Shown: piece after piece, positions 1 to 9,410 of the stretch
How the letters are laid out: the number at the start of each line of letters is the position of its first letter
Numbering within the stretch: position 1 is the stretch's first letter
Assembly (NCBI GenBank): GCA_016217925.1
Contig: JACRFK010000003.1
Coordinates: forward strand, 8,364-72,363
Source of the DNA: Candidatus Kaiserbacteria bacterium
GTDB taxonomy: Bacteria; Patescibacteriota; Minisyncoccia; Phycocordibacterales; UBA2100
DNA length: 64,000 bases
Direction: 5' to 3'
Translations under genes and position numbers: made by a program
The notes under the pieces: generated by a model
Database searches by the model: none
Seen by the model: only the letters and a program-made list of their open reading frames with translations
Told to the model about the DNA's origin: nothing

Positions 1-1
1 G

Positions 2-292
2 CTCGATGTGTGGGCGGCTCACGGAGTGGGCGGCTTGGCGGGAGCAATACTGACGGGCTTCTTCGCCGAGAAGGCAATCAACGCGGCGGGTAACAACGGG
101 GCGCTCTTCGGGAATCCGGACCAGGTCATGATTCAGATAGTTGCGGTCGCAGCGACGGCCGTCTACGCATTCGTCGCGACGTACGTGCTTCTCAAGGTCA
201 TCTCGTTCTTCTCGCCTTTGCGCGTCGAGTCGCACGAAGAGGAAGAAGGGCTCGACATGGCCACGCACGGCGAGTCTGCTTACAGAATGTGA
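2..292 (+). CDS. amt: Ammonium transporter, C-terminal fragment (5' end lies outside the window)
   Basis: Translation ...GVGGLAGAILTGFFA...NPDQVMIQIVAVA... matches the conserved C-terminal helices of the Amt/MEP family; the frame is open from the window edge. Confidence 0.6.
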   Translation, partial: LDVWAAHGVGGLAGAILTGFFAEKAINAAGNNGALFGNPDQVMIQIVAVAATAVYAFVATYVLLKVISFFSPLRVESHEEEEGLDMATHGESAYRM

Positions 293-328
293 ATTCAATA
301 ATTGCCTCCAAGGGAATTATTGAATTCA
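290..328 (+). terminator. Perfect 14-bp inverted repeat (TGAATTCAATAATT / AATTATTGAATTCA, 11-nt loop) abutting the amt stop; likely terminator between the convergent amt and uppS genes
   Basis: Seen directly in the sequence. A second GC hairpin, CCCGCGCG-AGTA-CGCGCGGG, sits at ~360-380 just past the uppS stop on the other strand. Confidence 0.45.
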
Positions 329-385
329 CGTCGGTTTGTTCCAAAGAAACCGACGCCCCGCCCGCGCGAGTACGCGCGGGCGAGA

Positions 386-1072
386 TCACTGACCGAGTCG
401 CCGCTCGCGTGCCGCGTACTCTTTGAGGACCGCTTCAAGATCCGCCTTCGTAAATGCGGGCCAGTGTGTTTTCAGGAAGAAGAGTTCGCTGTATGCGCTC
501 TGCCACAAAAGGAAATTAGAGAGCCGCTGTTCGCCGCCCGTCCGGATGATAAGGTCGGGATTGGGCATACCGTTCGTCCACAGGTGCTTTGCGAGCGACT
601 CCTCGGTAATTGCCTCGTTCGCTTCTTGCGCTGCACGGGCCGCATGCGTTATCTCCGCGTGGCTCCCGTATGAAAGACATACCCACACTGTCAGGCGGGG
701 TTCTCCGGGATTTTTTGCTTCGACATCGCGCATCGCTTCTTGAAGTGACGGGGAGAAACGCTCTATCTGGCCGACGAAGCGCACCGCGATGTTCTCTTGC
801 GCGAATTTCTTCATGCGCTCCCGTATCGTGGATTCGAATATTTCCATGAGGTACGAGACCTCTTCTCTGCTACGACTCCAGTTTTCAGTCGAAAATGCGT
901 ACACGGCCATGTGCTGTATCCCGAGGTCGCGCGCGGCGTAAGCGATTGATTCCACATTGTTCATTCCCCGGCGGTGACCTTCGAAAGAGGGGAGCGCGTT
1001 CTCTTTGGCCCACCTGCGATTACCGTCGAGTATGATTCCTATGCATCGGGGTATGTTGTTTTTGTCGCTCAT
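386..1072 (-). CDS. uppS: Undecaprenyl-diphosphate synthase (cis-isoprenyl transferase)
   Basis: DGNRRWA motif, ...RTGGEQRLSNFLLWQSAYSELFF...; length 228 aa. Confidence 0.9.
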   Translation of the reverse strand: MSDKNNIPRCIGIILDGNRRWAKENALPSFEGHRRGMNNVESIAYAARDLGIQHMAVYAFSTENWSRSREEVSYLMEIFESTIRERMKKFAQENIAVRFVGQIERFSPSLQEAMRDVEAKNPGEPRLTVWVCLSYGSHAEITHAARAAQEANEAITEESLAKHLWTNGMPNPDLIIRTGGEQRLSNFLLWQSAYSELFFLKTHWPAFTKADLEAVLKEYAARERRLGQ

Positions 1073-1081
1073 AGTTGAAAG

Positions 1082-1354
1082 CTAGTAGACGATATCGAAG
1101 TCGTCAAATTGTTTTGTCGCCTCTCTCCACTCACTCTCGACCGAATCCACGCGCGAAAAGAGCGGCCCATGGTGTAGCGCTTCAAGTAATTTCTCGAGAA
1201 GCCCCCTTTCTCCTTGCGCTACCACCTCGACCGTCCCATCGGAGCGGTTCTGTACGAAACCGATGAGATCGAGTTTACGGGCCGCGCGCTGCGCAAAATC
1301 ACGGAACATCACCAATTGCACACGACCGCGTATAATCGCACGGAGTTCCACCAT
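1082..1354 (-). CDS. acyP: Acylphosphatase
   Basis: 90 aa; GRVQLVMFRDFAQ and ...GFVQNRSDGTVEVVAQG... motifs typical of acylphosphatases. Confidence 0.8.
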   Translation of the reverse strand: MVELRAIIRGRVQLVMFRDFAQRAARKLDLIGFVQNRSDGTVEVVAQGERGLLEKLLEALHHGPLFSRVDSVESEWREATKQFDDFDIVY

Positions 1355-1401
1355 CGTAAAACAATACCACTTTCTTCTCAGGCCGTGTATTCTTATGTGC
1401 T

Positions 1402-2235
1402 ATGAGCCGCACTTCTTTCGCGCCGGGCAAGATAATTCTATCCGGAGAGTACGGAGCGCTCTTTGGCCGTGCGGGTATTGCGGTCCCTTCACGCTTCGGC
1501 GTACGTGCGACATTCGACGAAGACTCTGCTCTCGGACGAATCGAGATACTTTGGGAGAGCAACGAACAATGGCTGCCGTACGTCGAAAGAATAGTTGCCG
1601 CGTTCGAGGAAAGGAACAGCGCTTTCTCGGGCAGACTTACCATCAATTCAGATGTTCCAATAGGCAAGGGGATGGGCTCGTCAACTGCGCTTACTGTCGC
1701 CGTCGCGCTCTCTCTCATCGGTGATTCGCGCGAGATGACCCTTCACATCGAAAATACTCTCAGTCCCGGGAACAGCGGTTTCGACTTCGCCGTTATTTGG
1801 CAAGGTACTCCGATACTGTATAGAAAGGGTGAGGTACAGCTCATCGAGCTGCCCGCGAAACTTCTCCGGGATGCCGTACTTATCGACACGGGGGTTCCTG
1901 GAGAACCTACAAACGAACTCGTTGCATGGATGCGAGGCCGGGAACCGGACATCTGGGAGCATTTGGACACTATCGGCACTTGCACCGAGCGACTTATGCG
2001 GGGTGAACCTTTCGATATAGTCATGCGCGACCATCATAAAGCGCAGGTTGCGCTTGGCGTGGTGCCGCCGGAGGCACAACAGCTTATCGCAGCTATTGAA
2101 TCCGCGGGTGGTGCGGGAAAGGTTATCGGCGCAGGCAGCCGCGCGGGTGGCGCGGGCATGGTCCTGGCATTGGGTGATGAAAAAACGATTGGAGACATTG
2201 CGCGAAAATGGCACATGCCCACAATGACTCCATGA
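1402..2235 (+). CDS. GHMP-family kinase, first gene of the mevalonate operon (probable phosphomevalonate kinase or second mevalonate-type kinase)
   Basis: PGKIILSGEYGALFG N-terminus and PIGKGMGSSTALTVAVALSL GHMP motif II; its stop overlaps the start of the next gene as ATGA. Confidence 0.7.
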   Translation: MSRTSFAPGKIILSGEYGALFGRAGIAVPSRFGVRATFDEDSALGRIEILWESNEQWLPYVERIVAAFEERNSAFSGRLTINSDVPIGKGMGSSTALTVAVALSLIGDSREMTLHIENTLSPGNSGFDFAVIWQGTPILYRKGEVQLIELPAKLLRDAVLIDTGVPGEPTNELVAWMRGREPDIWEHLDTIGTCTERLMRGEPFDIVMRDHHKAQVALGVVPPEAQQLIAAIESAGGAGKVIGAGSRAGGAGMVLALGDEKTIGDIARKWHMPTMTP

Positions 2236-3203
2236 AAAAGATAGTGGTTTCAGCGCCGGGGAAACTCATGCTCTTGGGAGAGCATGCGGTCGTATATAAC
2301 CACTCGTGTATCGTCACGGCAGTTGGGCAGCGAATGTTCGTAACGCTTGAGCTACTGCCCGAACCAACGTTCGAACTCGAAGCGTCTGATGTAGAAGTGG
2401 CAGGATATAAAAAACGATTCGCAAGTTTGGGAGAAGGCGATATCCCAAAGGGAGCAAGGTTTGTTGAAATGGCAGTGAAGAACTTTACAAAAAGGTATCC
2501 GTTGAAAGGTGGAGTCCGAATCACTACAAAATCAGAGTTTTCTTCGTTGTTTGGTTTTGGTTCGTCTTCCGCCTCAACAGTCTGCGTTATCAAAGGGTTG
2601 GCAGAACTAACAAATACAAACCTAAGTAGCAAAGAAATATTTGAGCTAGCCTATAAAACGGTCCTTGATGTACAGGGAAAGGGTTCCGGTTTCGACGTCG
2701 CGGCGGCAATATACGGTAGGACACTTTATTTTGTCACCGGCGGAAAAGTAATCGAGCCTATTGCGTTGGACGAGCTCCCCCTTGTCGTCGGCTACACCGG
2801 GGTGAAGGCCGATACAGTGAGCTTGATTAATGCGGTCGCCGAAAAGGCTTTCCGACATCCAAAACGTATTGAAGTCATCTATACTCAGATCGGAGACATG
2901 GTCGACGAAGCTCACGCTGCATTGAAAGAAAGAAATTGGCCACTTGTGAGCGAGCTCATGGATTTCGATCAGGGCATGTTAGAGAGTCTTGGTGTCAGCA
3001 GCCAAAGGCTTGCCGGAATGATACACGCCGCGCGTGATGCAGGAGCGTGGGGCGCAAAACTTTCGGGAGCCGGCGGAGGCGACTGTATGATAGCCCTCGT
3101 CTCTCGTGAAAAAAAACAAGCCGTTTCTGAAGCGATTACGAAAGTAGGCGGACAAGTCATCGACGTGGCAACAAACGTGGAAGGCGTTAGAATCGAACTA
3201 TGA
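2232..3203 (+). CDS. mvk: Mevalonate kinase
   Basis: APGKLMLLGEHAVVY and GFGSSSASTV motifs; ATGA overlap with both the upstream and downstream genes. Confidence 0.85.
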   Translation: MKKIVVSAPGKLMLLGEHAVVYNHSCIVTAVGQRMFVTLELLPEPTFELEASDVEVAGYKKRFASLGEGDIPKGARFVEMAVKNFTKRYPLKGGVRITTKSEFSSLFGFGSSSASTVCVIKGLAELTNTNLSSKEIFELAYKTVLDVQGKGSGFDVAAAIYGRTLYFVTGGKVIEPIALDELPLVVGYTGVKADTVSLINAVAEKAFRHPKRIEVIYTQIGDMVDEAHAALKERNWPLVSELMDFDQGMLESLGVSSQRLAGMIHAARDAGAWGAKLSGAGGGDCMIALVSREKKQAVSEAITKVGGQVIDVATNVEGVRIEL

Positions 3204-4177
3204 AAGCTACCGCAACGGCACCCTCAAATATCGCTTTTATTAAGTATTGGGGACGCAAAGATGAAACGCTGCGTCTTCCCGAGAACGGAAGCTTGTCAAT
3301 GAATTTGAGTGCTCTACAGACGACCACGACTGTCGAGTTCTCACCGGATTATACCGAGGACCGTATTGAGATAAACGGCACGCGAGAACCAAACGAAAGC
3401 GGCCGAGCCGTTAAGCATTTAGATCGCGTGAGAGCATTGGCAAAAATTTCGGATTTCGCAAAGGTGGTAACCAAAAATAATTTTCCTACAGGCACCGGAC
3501 TTTCCTCATCCGCCTCGGGATTTGCGGCACTAACCGTTGCGGCTGCCAGCGCAGCGGGACTACAGCTTTCCGAGAAAGACCTGTCTATTTTGGCTCGACA
3601 AGGTTCGGGGTCTGCGTGTCGTTCGATATCCGATGGATTTGTAGAGTGGCTTGACGGGGATACATCTGATACCTCATATGCAACATCTCTGTATCCGCCG
3701 GACTATTGGGATTTAGTCGACGTTGTCGCAGTTGTAAGTGAAGGAAAAAAGGATGTCTCTACGTCCGAGGGACAAAAGGTGGTGGGTTCGAGCCCGTTCT
3801 TTCCTGTACGAAGAGCACACATAAAAGAAAAATTGGAGCAGGCAAAGACGTTACTCGCATCAAGAAACTTCCCAGAGTTTGGGGAACTGATCGAAACTGA
3901 AGCGCTGGAACTTCACGCGGTAATGCTCACCTCAAGACCTCCCCTCATCTATTGGACCTCCGGTACGCTCACCATCATGAAACTCTGTAAGAAATGGAGA
4001 ACTGAAGGACTGCAAGTTTACTTTACAATCAACACGGGCCAAGACATTCATCTCATTTGTGAACGAAAAAACCGCGAACGCGTGAAAAGCAAGTTGGCAG
4101 ATGTCGAAGGGGTAAAAGAAGTCATTGTAAATTTTCCCGCCGTTGGGGCAAGAATATCCGACGGGCACTTATTTTAA
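3200..4177 (+). CDS. mvaD: Diphosphomevalonate (or phosphomevalonate) decarboxylase
   Basis: APSNIAFIKYWGRKD signature and GTGLSSSASGFAAL motif. Confidence 0.85.
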   Translation: MKATATAPSNIAFIKYWGRKDETLRLPENGSLSMNLSALQTTTTVEFSPDYTEDRIEINGTREPNESGRAVKHLDRVRALAKISDFAKVVTKNNFPTGTGLSSSASGFAALTVAAASAAGLQLSEKDLSILARQGSGSACRSISDGFVEWLDGDTSDTSYATSLYPPDYWDLVDVVAVVSEGKKDVSTSEGQKVVGSSPFFPVRRAHIKEKLEQAKTLLASRNFPEFGELIETEALELHAVMLTSRPPLIYWTSGTLTIMKLCKKWRTEGLQVYFTINTGQDIHLICERKNRERVKSKLADVEGVKEVIVNFPAVGARISDGHLF

Positions 4178-4180
4178 GGT

Positions 4181-5347
4181 ATGGACTTGCGGAATTTTCC
4201 TGAAGAGCTCGATGCGGCGGGCCGCGTCTCAAAGCGGCGCTCTATCATCGAACAGCAACTGAACGTCGAGCTCGGCGCGCTTACGATCAGGCCAGAACAG
4301 ATCGGGACCGCAGATGAACAGAATTGCGAGCAGATGTTCGGCGCGGTCCCCGTACCTGTCGGGCTCGCAGGCCCGCTTCGCATCACCTTTAGTTCGGGAG
4401 AAACACACGACGATATCTACCTCCCGCTTGCAACGACCGAAGGCGCGCTCGTGGCGAGCGTCAATCGAGGCTGCAAGGCGCTGCGCGAAGCGGGCGGCGT
4501 CCGCGCGACGTCCGAATATGTCGGCATGACAAGGTCAATTGCGTTTGAAGTGAAAGATGCGGAAGCGGCTTCAGAGAAAATCCATGAGCTCGAATCTGCA
4601 TGGCAAAAAGTTGCCGAGGCGACGAGTAGCCACTTGAAGATACTTTCTTACGACGTTGATACGAAAGATGATGTGTTGTTTCTAACGATAGCGGCAGATA
4701 CCGATGAGGCGATGGGTATGAATATGGTGACTATCGCAGCGCAGGCAGTGGGGGAGTTCATCTCAAAAGAATTGAACATGCAGCTTCTCACGGTTGCAGG
4801 AAATGTGGATAGCGACAAAAAGCCAAGCATGCGGACAAAAACGCAGGGACGCGGGTATCGCGTGAGCGTTGAAGCCACGTTGCCCGAGGCCGTCATCCGG
4901 GAAGTCTTGAAATCGAGCGCGGACGCGCTGCTCAAAACCGCACGGGCGAAATTGGACATCGGGTCGGACATCGCGGGAGCCTTGGGGAAAAACCTGCACG
5001 TCGCGAATACCGTCGCCGCTCTCTACCTTGCGACGGGGCAGGACGCGGCGCATGTGGTGGAAGGCTCACTTGCGGACACGGCGGTGAGCAAACATAAAGA
5101 CGGCATCCGTATCAAAGTCGAGCTTCCCGCGCTGCTTGTCGGCATCCGCGGCGGCGGCACCAATCTTCCCGCACAGAAACAGTGTTTGGGTTTGGTGCTT
5201 CTTGAGAAAACAAAGCTCAGGCCGTCTACACAGCTTGCGGAGACTATTGCGGGGGCGGTCCTCGCGGGGGAGCTGTCGCTTCTCGCGGCCCAATCGACGA
5301 ACACACTCGCACGCGCACACCGCACGCTCGCGCGCAAAGGACGCTGA
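4181..5347 (+). CDS. hmgA: HMG-CoA reductase (class-I-like catalytic domain)
   Basis: ...PVGLAGPL..., ...LATTEGALVASVNRGC..., ...DAMGMNMV... conserved blocks. Confidence 0.9.
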   Translation: MDLRNFPEELDAAGRVSKRRSIIEQQLNVELGALTIRPEQIGTADEQNCEQMFGAVPVPVGLAGPLRITFSSGETHDDIYLPLATTEGALVASVNRGCKALREAGGVRATSEYVGMTRSIAFEVKDAEAASEKIHELESAWQKVAEATSSHLKILSYDVDTKDDVLFLTIAADTDEAMGMNMVTIAAQAVGEFISKELNMQLLTVAGNVDSDKKPSMRTKTQGRGYRVSVEATLPEAVIREVLKSSADALLKTARAKLDIGSDIAGALGKNLHVANTVAALYLATGQDAAHVVEGSLADTAVSKHKDGIRIKVELPALLVGIRGGGTNLPAQKQCLGLVLLEKTKLRPSTQLAETIAGAVLAGELSLLAAQSTNTLARAHRTLARKGR

Positions 5348-5386
5348 CGTTCCAGACTTCTCGTGAATTTGCTATACTCACTTTTA

Positions 5387-6418
5387 ATGAAGCATTCGGC
5401 AATTCTCGGCTTTGGCGTCTATCTGCCCAAGTACCGTATCAGGACCTCCGATATCGCGCGTCACTGGCAGCAGGACGCGGATGCGCTTGTCGCGAGCCTC
5501 GGCGTACATCAAAAATCCGTCGCGGGTCGCGACGAAGACACCTTTACAATGGCGTTCGAGGCGGCCCGCCTCGCGCTCGATATGTCGGGCGTTCCTTCCT
5601 CCCACGTGTCGGCGATCTTCGTCGGATCCGAATCCCATCCGTATGCGGTGAAACCAACGAGCGGCATGTTGGTCGCGGCACTCACACTCGATTCACTCTC
5701 CCATGCCGCTGATCTCGAATTCGCATGCAAGGCGGGTACGGCAGGCCTCCAGATGGTGGACAGTTTCGTGCGGAGCGGCCAGGTCCGTTACGGCCTCGCT
5801 ATCGGGACGGACACCGCGCAGGGCAAACCCGGCGATGCCCTCGAGTACACCGCAGCAGCGGGCGCGGCCGCCTTTGTGGTCGGGCCCGATACACACAAGA
5901 ACGCACTCTGTCGTATCGAAAAGACACTCTCGTTCACTACCGATACACCCGATTTCTGGCGGGCAAAAGGCGAGCAGTATCCGCGGCACGCGGGGCGCTT
6001 CACCGGCGAGCCGGGCTACTTTGAGCACGTTCGCGAGACCATCCGTGCGGCCCAAGATGCGTGGAAGTTGGACCTTGCGGAGATTGGCCACGTCGTATTC
6101 CACATGCCGAATGCAAAGTTCCCCATGCGCATCGCCAAAGAGTTCGGCATTACAAAGGGGCAGATGAGTGCGGGGTTTGTGGTACCCCAGATTGGCAACA
6201 CCTACAGCGCGTGCTCGCTCATCGGGCTTGTCTCCGTGCTCGAAAAAGTCAAAAAAGGGCAACGGATTCTCGTCGTTTCATACGGCTCGGGTTCCGGATG
6301 CGACGCCATCTTGATGACGGCTCAGAAAGACGGGAAGCCCCTTCCTGTCGATGTACGTGAACCTACGTACTTAGATTACAGCCAGTACCTGGAACACACC
6401 GGAGCACTTTCAGTATAA
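5387..6418 (+). CDS. HMG-CoA synthase, archaeal-type (thiolase superfamily)
   Basis: ~343 aa; GFGVYLPKYRI start and thiolase-fold condensing-enzyme blocks; lies between HMGR and the thiolase as in archaeal clusters. Confidence 0.8.
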   Translation: MKHSAILGFGVYLPKYRIRTSDIARHWQQDADALVASLGVHQKSVAGRDEDTFTMAFEAARLALDMSGVPSSHVSAIFVGSESHPYAVKPTSGMLVAALTLDSLSHAADLEFACKAGTAGLQMVDSFVRSGQVRYGLAIGTDTAQGKPGDALEYTAAAGAAAFVVGPDTHKNALCRIEKTLSFTTDTPDFWRAKGEQYPRHAGRFTGEPGYFEHVRETIRAAQDAWKLDLAEIGHVVFHMPNAKFPMRIAKEFGITKGQMSAGFVVPQIGNTYSACSLIGLVSVLEKVKKGQRILVVSYGSGSGCDAILMTAQKDGKPLPVDVREPTYLDYSQYLEHTGALSV

Positions 6419-6570
6419 ATATGCCCCGTAGTGAAATGTGCCTTCGGCTCAAACAACCTATGAAAGCAAACAACAAACGATTCCAAAAGTGCTCCGGTCG
6501 GGAGTGCATGTACCAAGCCGCGGCAGGACGGCATGCCGCCTGCCGCAAAGGCACATTCTACTGACGGGGT

Positions 6571-7695
6571 ATGCAGCAAGACATCTTCTTGGTAGGGTCC
6601 GGGCTCACACGATTTGGCGAATGGTGGGACAAAAGTCTCCGGGACCTCATGCGCGAAGCGATCGAAGCGGCACTCGAGTCGTCGGGACTCCAAGCACAAG
6701 ACGTCGACCTCATCATTGTCGCAAACATGCTTGCCGAGGTTACGAACAACCAGGCTCATATGGCGGCGCTCGCATCGTCGCTCCTTCCGCACCACCCTCC
6801 TGCACTGCGCGTCGAGGCGGCGTGCGGATCGGGCGCGCTTGCGGTCAATACGGCGTGCGCATTTCTCGAGAGCGGAAGGGCAAAAACAGTACTCGTCGTC
6901 GGAGTGGAAAAGATGACCGACGCTTCGGCCGATGCCATTTCGCAGGCACTCATGGGGGCGGCCGACAGCGAGCTCGACGCTCCGTCGGGGCTCACCTTTC
7001 CGGGAATCTTCGGCCTCATTGCGAAAAGGTACATGTACGAATTCGGTCTCACACGCGAGCAACTCAGCATCGTCAGCTCGGTACACCACAAGCACGCGAC
7101 GGAAAACGCTTTTGCGCAGTTCCGCTACGAGCTTTCACCTGAAGCGGTAAGCGCGAGCCCGCTCGTGTCAGACCCGCTGCGTCTCTTTGATTGTTCGCCC
7201 ATCTCCGACGGAGCCGCCGCGTGCGTCCTTTCGACCGTACACAGAAGCGGTATGCGGCTTGCCGCGAGCCAGATTGCGAGCGATACGCTCAGCATCACGC
7301 AGCGCCCGACCATCGTGAGCTTCCCCGCGACGCGCGCGGCGATGGAGCTGGCACTCTGCGAAGCGGACATAACACGAAAGGACATTCACGCCCTCGAAAC
7401 GCACGATTGTTTCTCAATCGCCGCCGTTATCAATATGGAGGACCTCGGGTTTGCGAAGGAAGGCGAGGGGATACGCATCTATGAAGACCTGCACGCGGGG
7501 CACGCGCCGATGTTCGTCAACATGGGCGGAGGTCTGAAGGCGTGCGGCCACCCCGTCGCGGCGACGGGCATCAAGCAGCTGATAGATGTGAGCAAGAGTC
7601 TCACACGCGGCAGGGCGCGGTACGGTCTCGCACACAATTTCGGCGGTGCGGGCGCCACCTGCGGCATTCACGTCCTCGAAAATACACACGTATGA
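6571..7695 (+). CDS. Acetyl-CoA acetyltransferase (thiolase), archaeal-type
   Basis: 374 aa; ...VEAACGSGALAV... and C-terminal ...NFGGAGATCG... thiolase blocks. Confidence 0.85.
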   Translation: MQQDIFLVGSGLTRFGEWWDKSLRDLMREAIEAALESSGLQAQDVDLIIVANMLAEVTNNQAHMAALASSLLPHHPPALRVEAACGSGALAVNTACAFLESGRAKTVLVVGVEKMTDASADAISQALMGAADSELDAPSGLTFPGIFGLIAKRYMYEFGLTREQLSIVSSVHHKHATENAFAQFRYELSPEAVSASPLVSDPLRLFDCSPISDGAAACVLSTVHRSGMRLAASQIASDTLSITQRPTIVSFPATRAAMELALCEADITRKDIHALETHDCFSIAAVINMEDLGFAKEGEGIRIYEDLHAGHAPMFVNMGGGLKACGHPVAATGIKQLIDVSKSLTRGRARYGLAHNFGGAGATCGIHVLENTHV

Positions 7696-7756
7696 ATCCC
7701 GCCCTTTCAGATTCTCCATATTGCAGCATGCTGATTATTAAGATAAAAAGAGCGGG

Positions 7757-8668
7757 ATGAATAACTCCGCTCCCATAGTGCAGCGTGCGCAGAAGCGCGA
7801 ACGGGACAAATTCCTCCCCGGCACGGTCGTTTCGTTCACGACGCTCTCGCATCCACCCGCACGCTTCGGGCCGAGGCCCCGCATGGTCGGCCTCGTCGAG
7901 CTTCAAAACGGGCGGCGCGTGCTCGCGCCGCTTGTCATGGATGCGCCGTACATCGGACAAACGGTACGCCCGCGCATGCGCCTTTCGCACGTGACCCATG
8001 AAGGCCTCCGCGTATACGAAGTCGCGTACGATGAGGCGCCCCAGGTCGCCGTGACGGAGGCGTTTTCCCGCTACCTGCTCGCTTTTACGGGCCCTTCCGG
8101 AGTCGGGAAATCAACGATAACGAAGATGCTCGCGCATGCGTGCTCCGACTACGTCGCGAAAGTACCCATCCTTACCACCCGTGCGCCGAAGCCGGGCGAC
8201 GACGGGGAGTATCTATACACGACTTCTGCTGAATTCGACCGCCTGAAGAAAACGGGGAAAATCGTCGCGATGACGGACATATCGTTTTCGAGCGAAGACT
8301 GGCGGTACGGGTACCGCGCCGCCGACATCGAGGAGATTTGGTCCGCGAGCAAAATACCGGTCGTCGTGACCGAAATGGAATTGCTCCAGGGTCTCGCCCA
8401 TCACTATGGCCGTCGTGCCGTCCTTTCGTTCGGGCTCCTCCCGCCCGGCAAGAGCAAGCGTGCGCGGCTCAGTCAACTGCTCCACCGGCTCCGTTCGCGC
8501 GGGCGTGAATCCGAAGCGCACATCCGCGACCGGCTCAAGAATGCGGAACGTGACCTCGCGTTCTTCGGAGAGCGCAAAGACCTCTTTGACCATATGGTGG
8601 TGAACGAAGACTTGTCTGCCCTTGTCGCCTCATTGAAAGAAAAAGTGCCCGGACTCTCGGGCGCTTGA
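7757..8668 (+). CDS. Fusion protein: N-terminal DUF35-like OB-fold domain (partner of the thiolase/HMGCS complex) plus C-terminal guanylate-kinase-like P-loop kinase domain
   Basis: N-terminal ...GTVVSFTTLSHPP...RMVGLVELQNGRRVLAPLV...GQTVRPRM... resembles DUF35 OB-folds; C-terminal GPSGVGKST Walker A, ...ILTTRAPKPGDDGEYLYTTSAEFDRL... and ...YGY... resemble guanylate kinase. Confidence 0.65.
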   Translation: MNNSAPIVQRAQKRERDKFLPGTVVSFTTLSHPPARFGPRPRMVGLVELQNGRRVLAPLVMDAPYIGQTVRPRMRLSHVTHEGLRVYEVAYDEAPQVAVTEAFSRYLLAFTGPSGVGKSTITKMLAHACSDYVAKVPILTTRAPKPGDDGEYLYTTSAEFDRLKKTGKIVAMTDISFSSEDWRYGYRAADIEEIWSASKIPVVVTEMELLQGLAHHYGRRAVLSFGLLPPGKSKRARLSQLLHRLRSRGRESEAHIRDRLKNAERDLAFFGERKDLFDHMVVNEDLSALVASLKEKVPGLSGA

Positions 8669-8686
8669 GCCTAATCCGGCTTTCCT

Positions 8687-9241
8687 ATGGAACCTCTTTC
8701 CGCGGAAGAAGTAGTAGTGCTCGTGGATGAAGAGAACAATGTGCTCGGCACACAAGATAAATCTGCAGTACACGGCGCGACGACACCGCTGCACCGGGGC
8801 TTTTCACTTTTCCTTTTCGACCGCAGAGGGCATCTCTTGCTCCAGCAGCGCAGCCATGTGAAAAAAACGTGGCCGCTCGTCTGGTCCAATTCGGTGTGCG
8901 GACACCCGACGCTCGGCGAGACCAACGTCGATGCTGCGAAGCGCCGGTTGTCCCATGAGCTCCGCATGAGTGCCACGCTTATCGAGGAGGTCGCACCGTA
9001 TCGCTACTGCTTCACGCGCGATGGCGTGATGGAGAATGAGATATGCCCGATACTGTTGGGTCAAACTCTCGACCAACCAAACCCTAATGGTGAGGAAGTC
9101 GAGGCGACGCGTTGGGTGCCATGGCAGGAATTCCTGCACGAGCTCGACGAGAAGCCGGGATTCTACTCGCCCTGGTGCGAAGAAGAGGCGCGGATACTCG
9201 ACGGATTGCCGCGCTTCCACGAAGTAATCCCCACGAAGTAG
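8687..9241 (+). CDS. idi: Isopentenyl-diphosphate delta-isomerase, type 1 (Nudix)
   Basis: HRGFSLFLFDRRGHLLLQQRS...WPLVWSNSVCGHP...GE... matches IDI-1. Confidence 0.85.
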   Translation: MEPLSAEEVVVLVDEENNVLGTQDKSAVHGATTPLHRGFSLFLFDRRGHLLLQQRSHVKKTWPLVWSNSVCGHPTLGETNVDAAKRRLSHELRMSATLIEEVAPYRYCFTRDGVMENEICPILLGQTLDQPNPNGEEVEATRWVPWQEFLHELDEKPGFYSPWCEEEARILDGLPRFHEVIPTK

Positions 9242-9410
9242 GTCTTTTCCAACATTTTGCCTTGGCCGGCACGTGCTCGTGCCGGCATGACACTCCTCGT
9301 ATCTGCCTTCGGCAGACACTCGGCCCCTCCGGGCGCCTCGCGGCGGTGTCAGGCCCCTCCGGCGCGGCTTATCCACAAGTGGAAGCCGCTCGGGAGGTTA
9401 TACTCACGGG

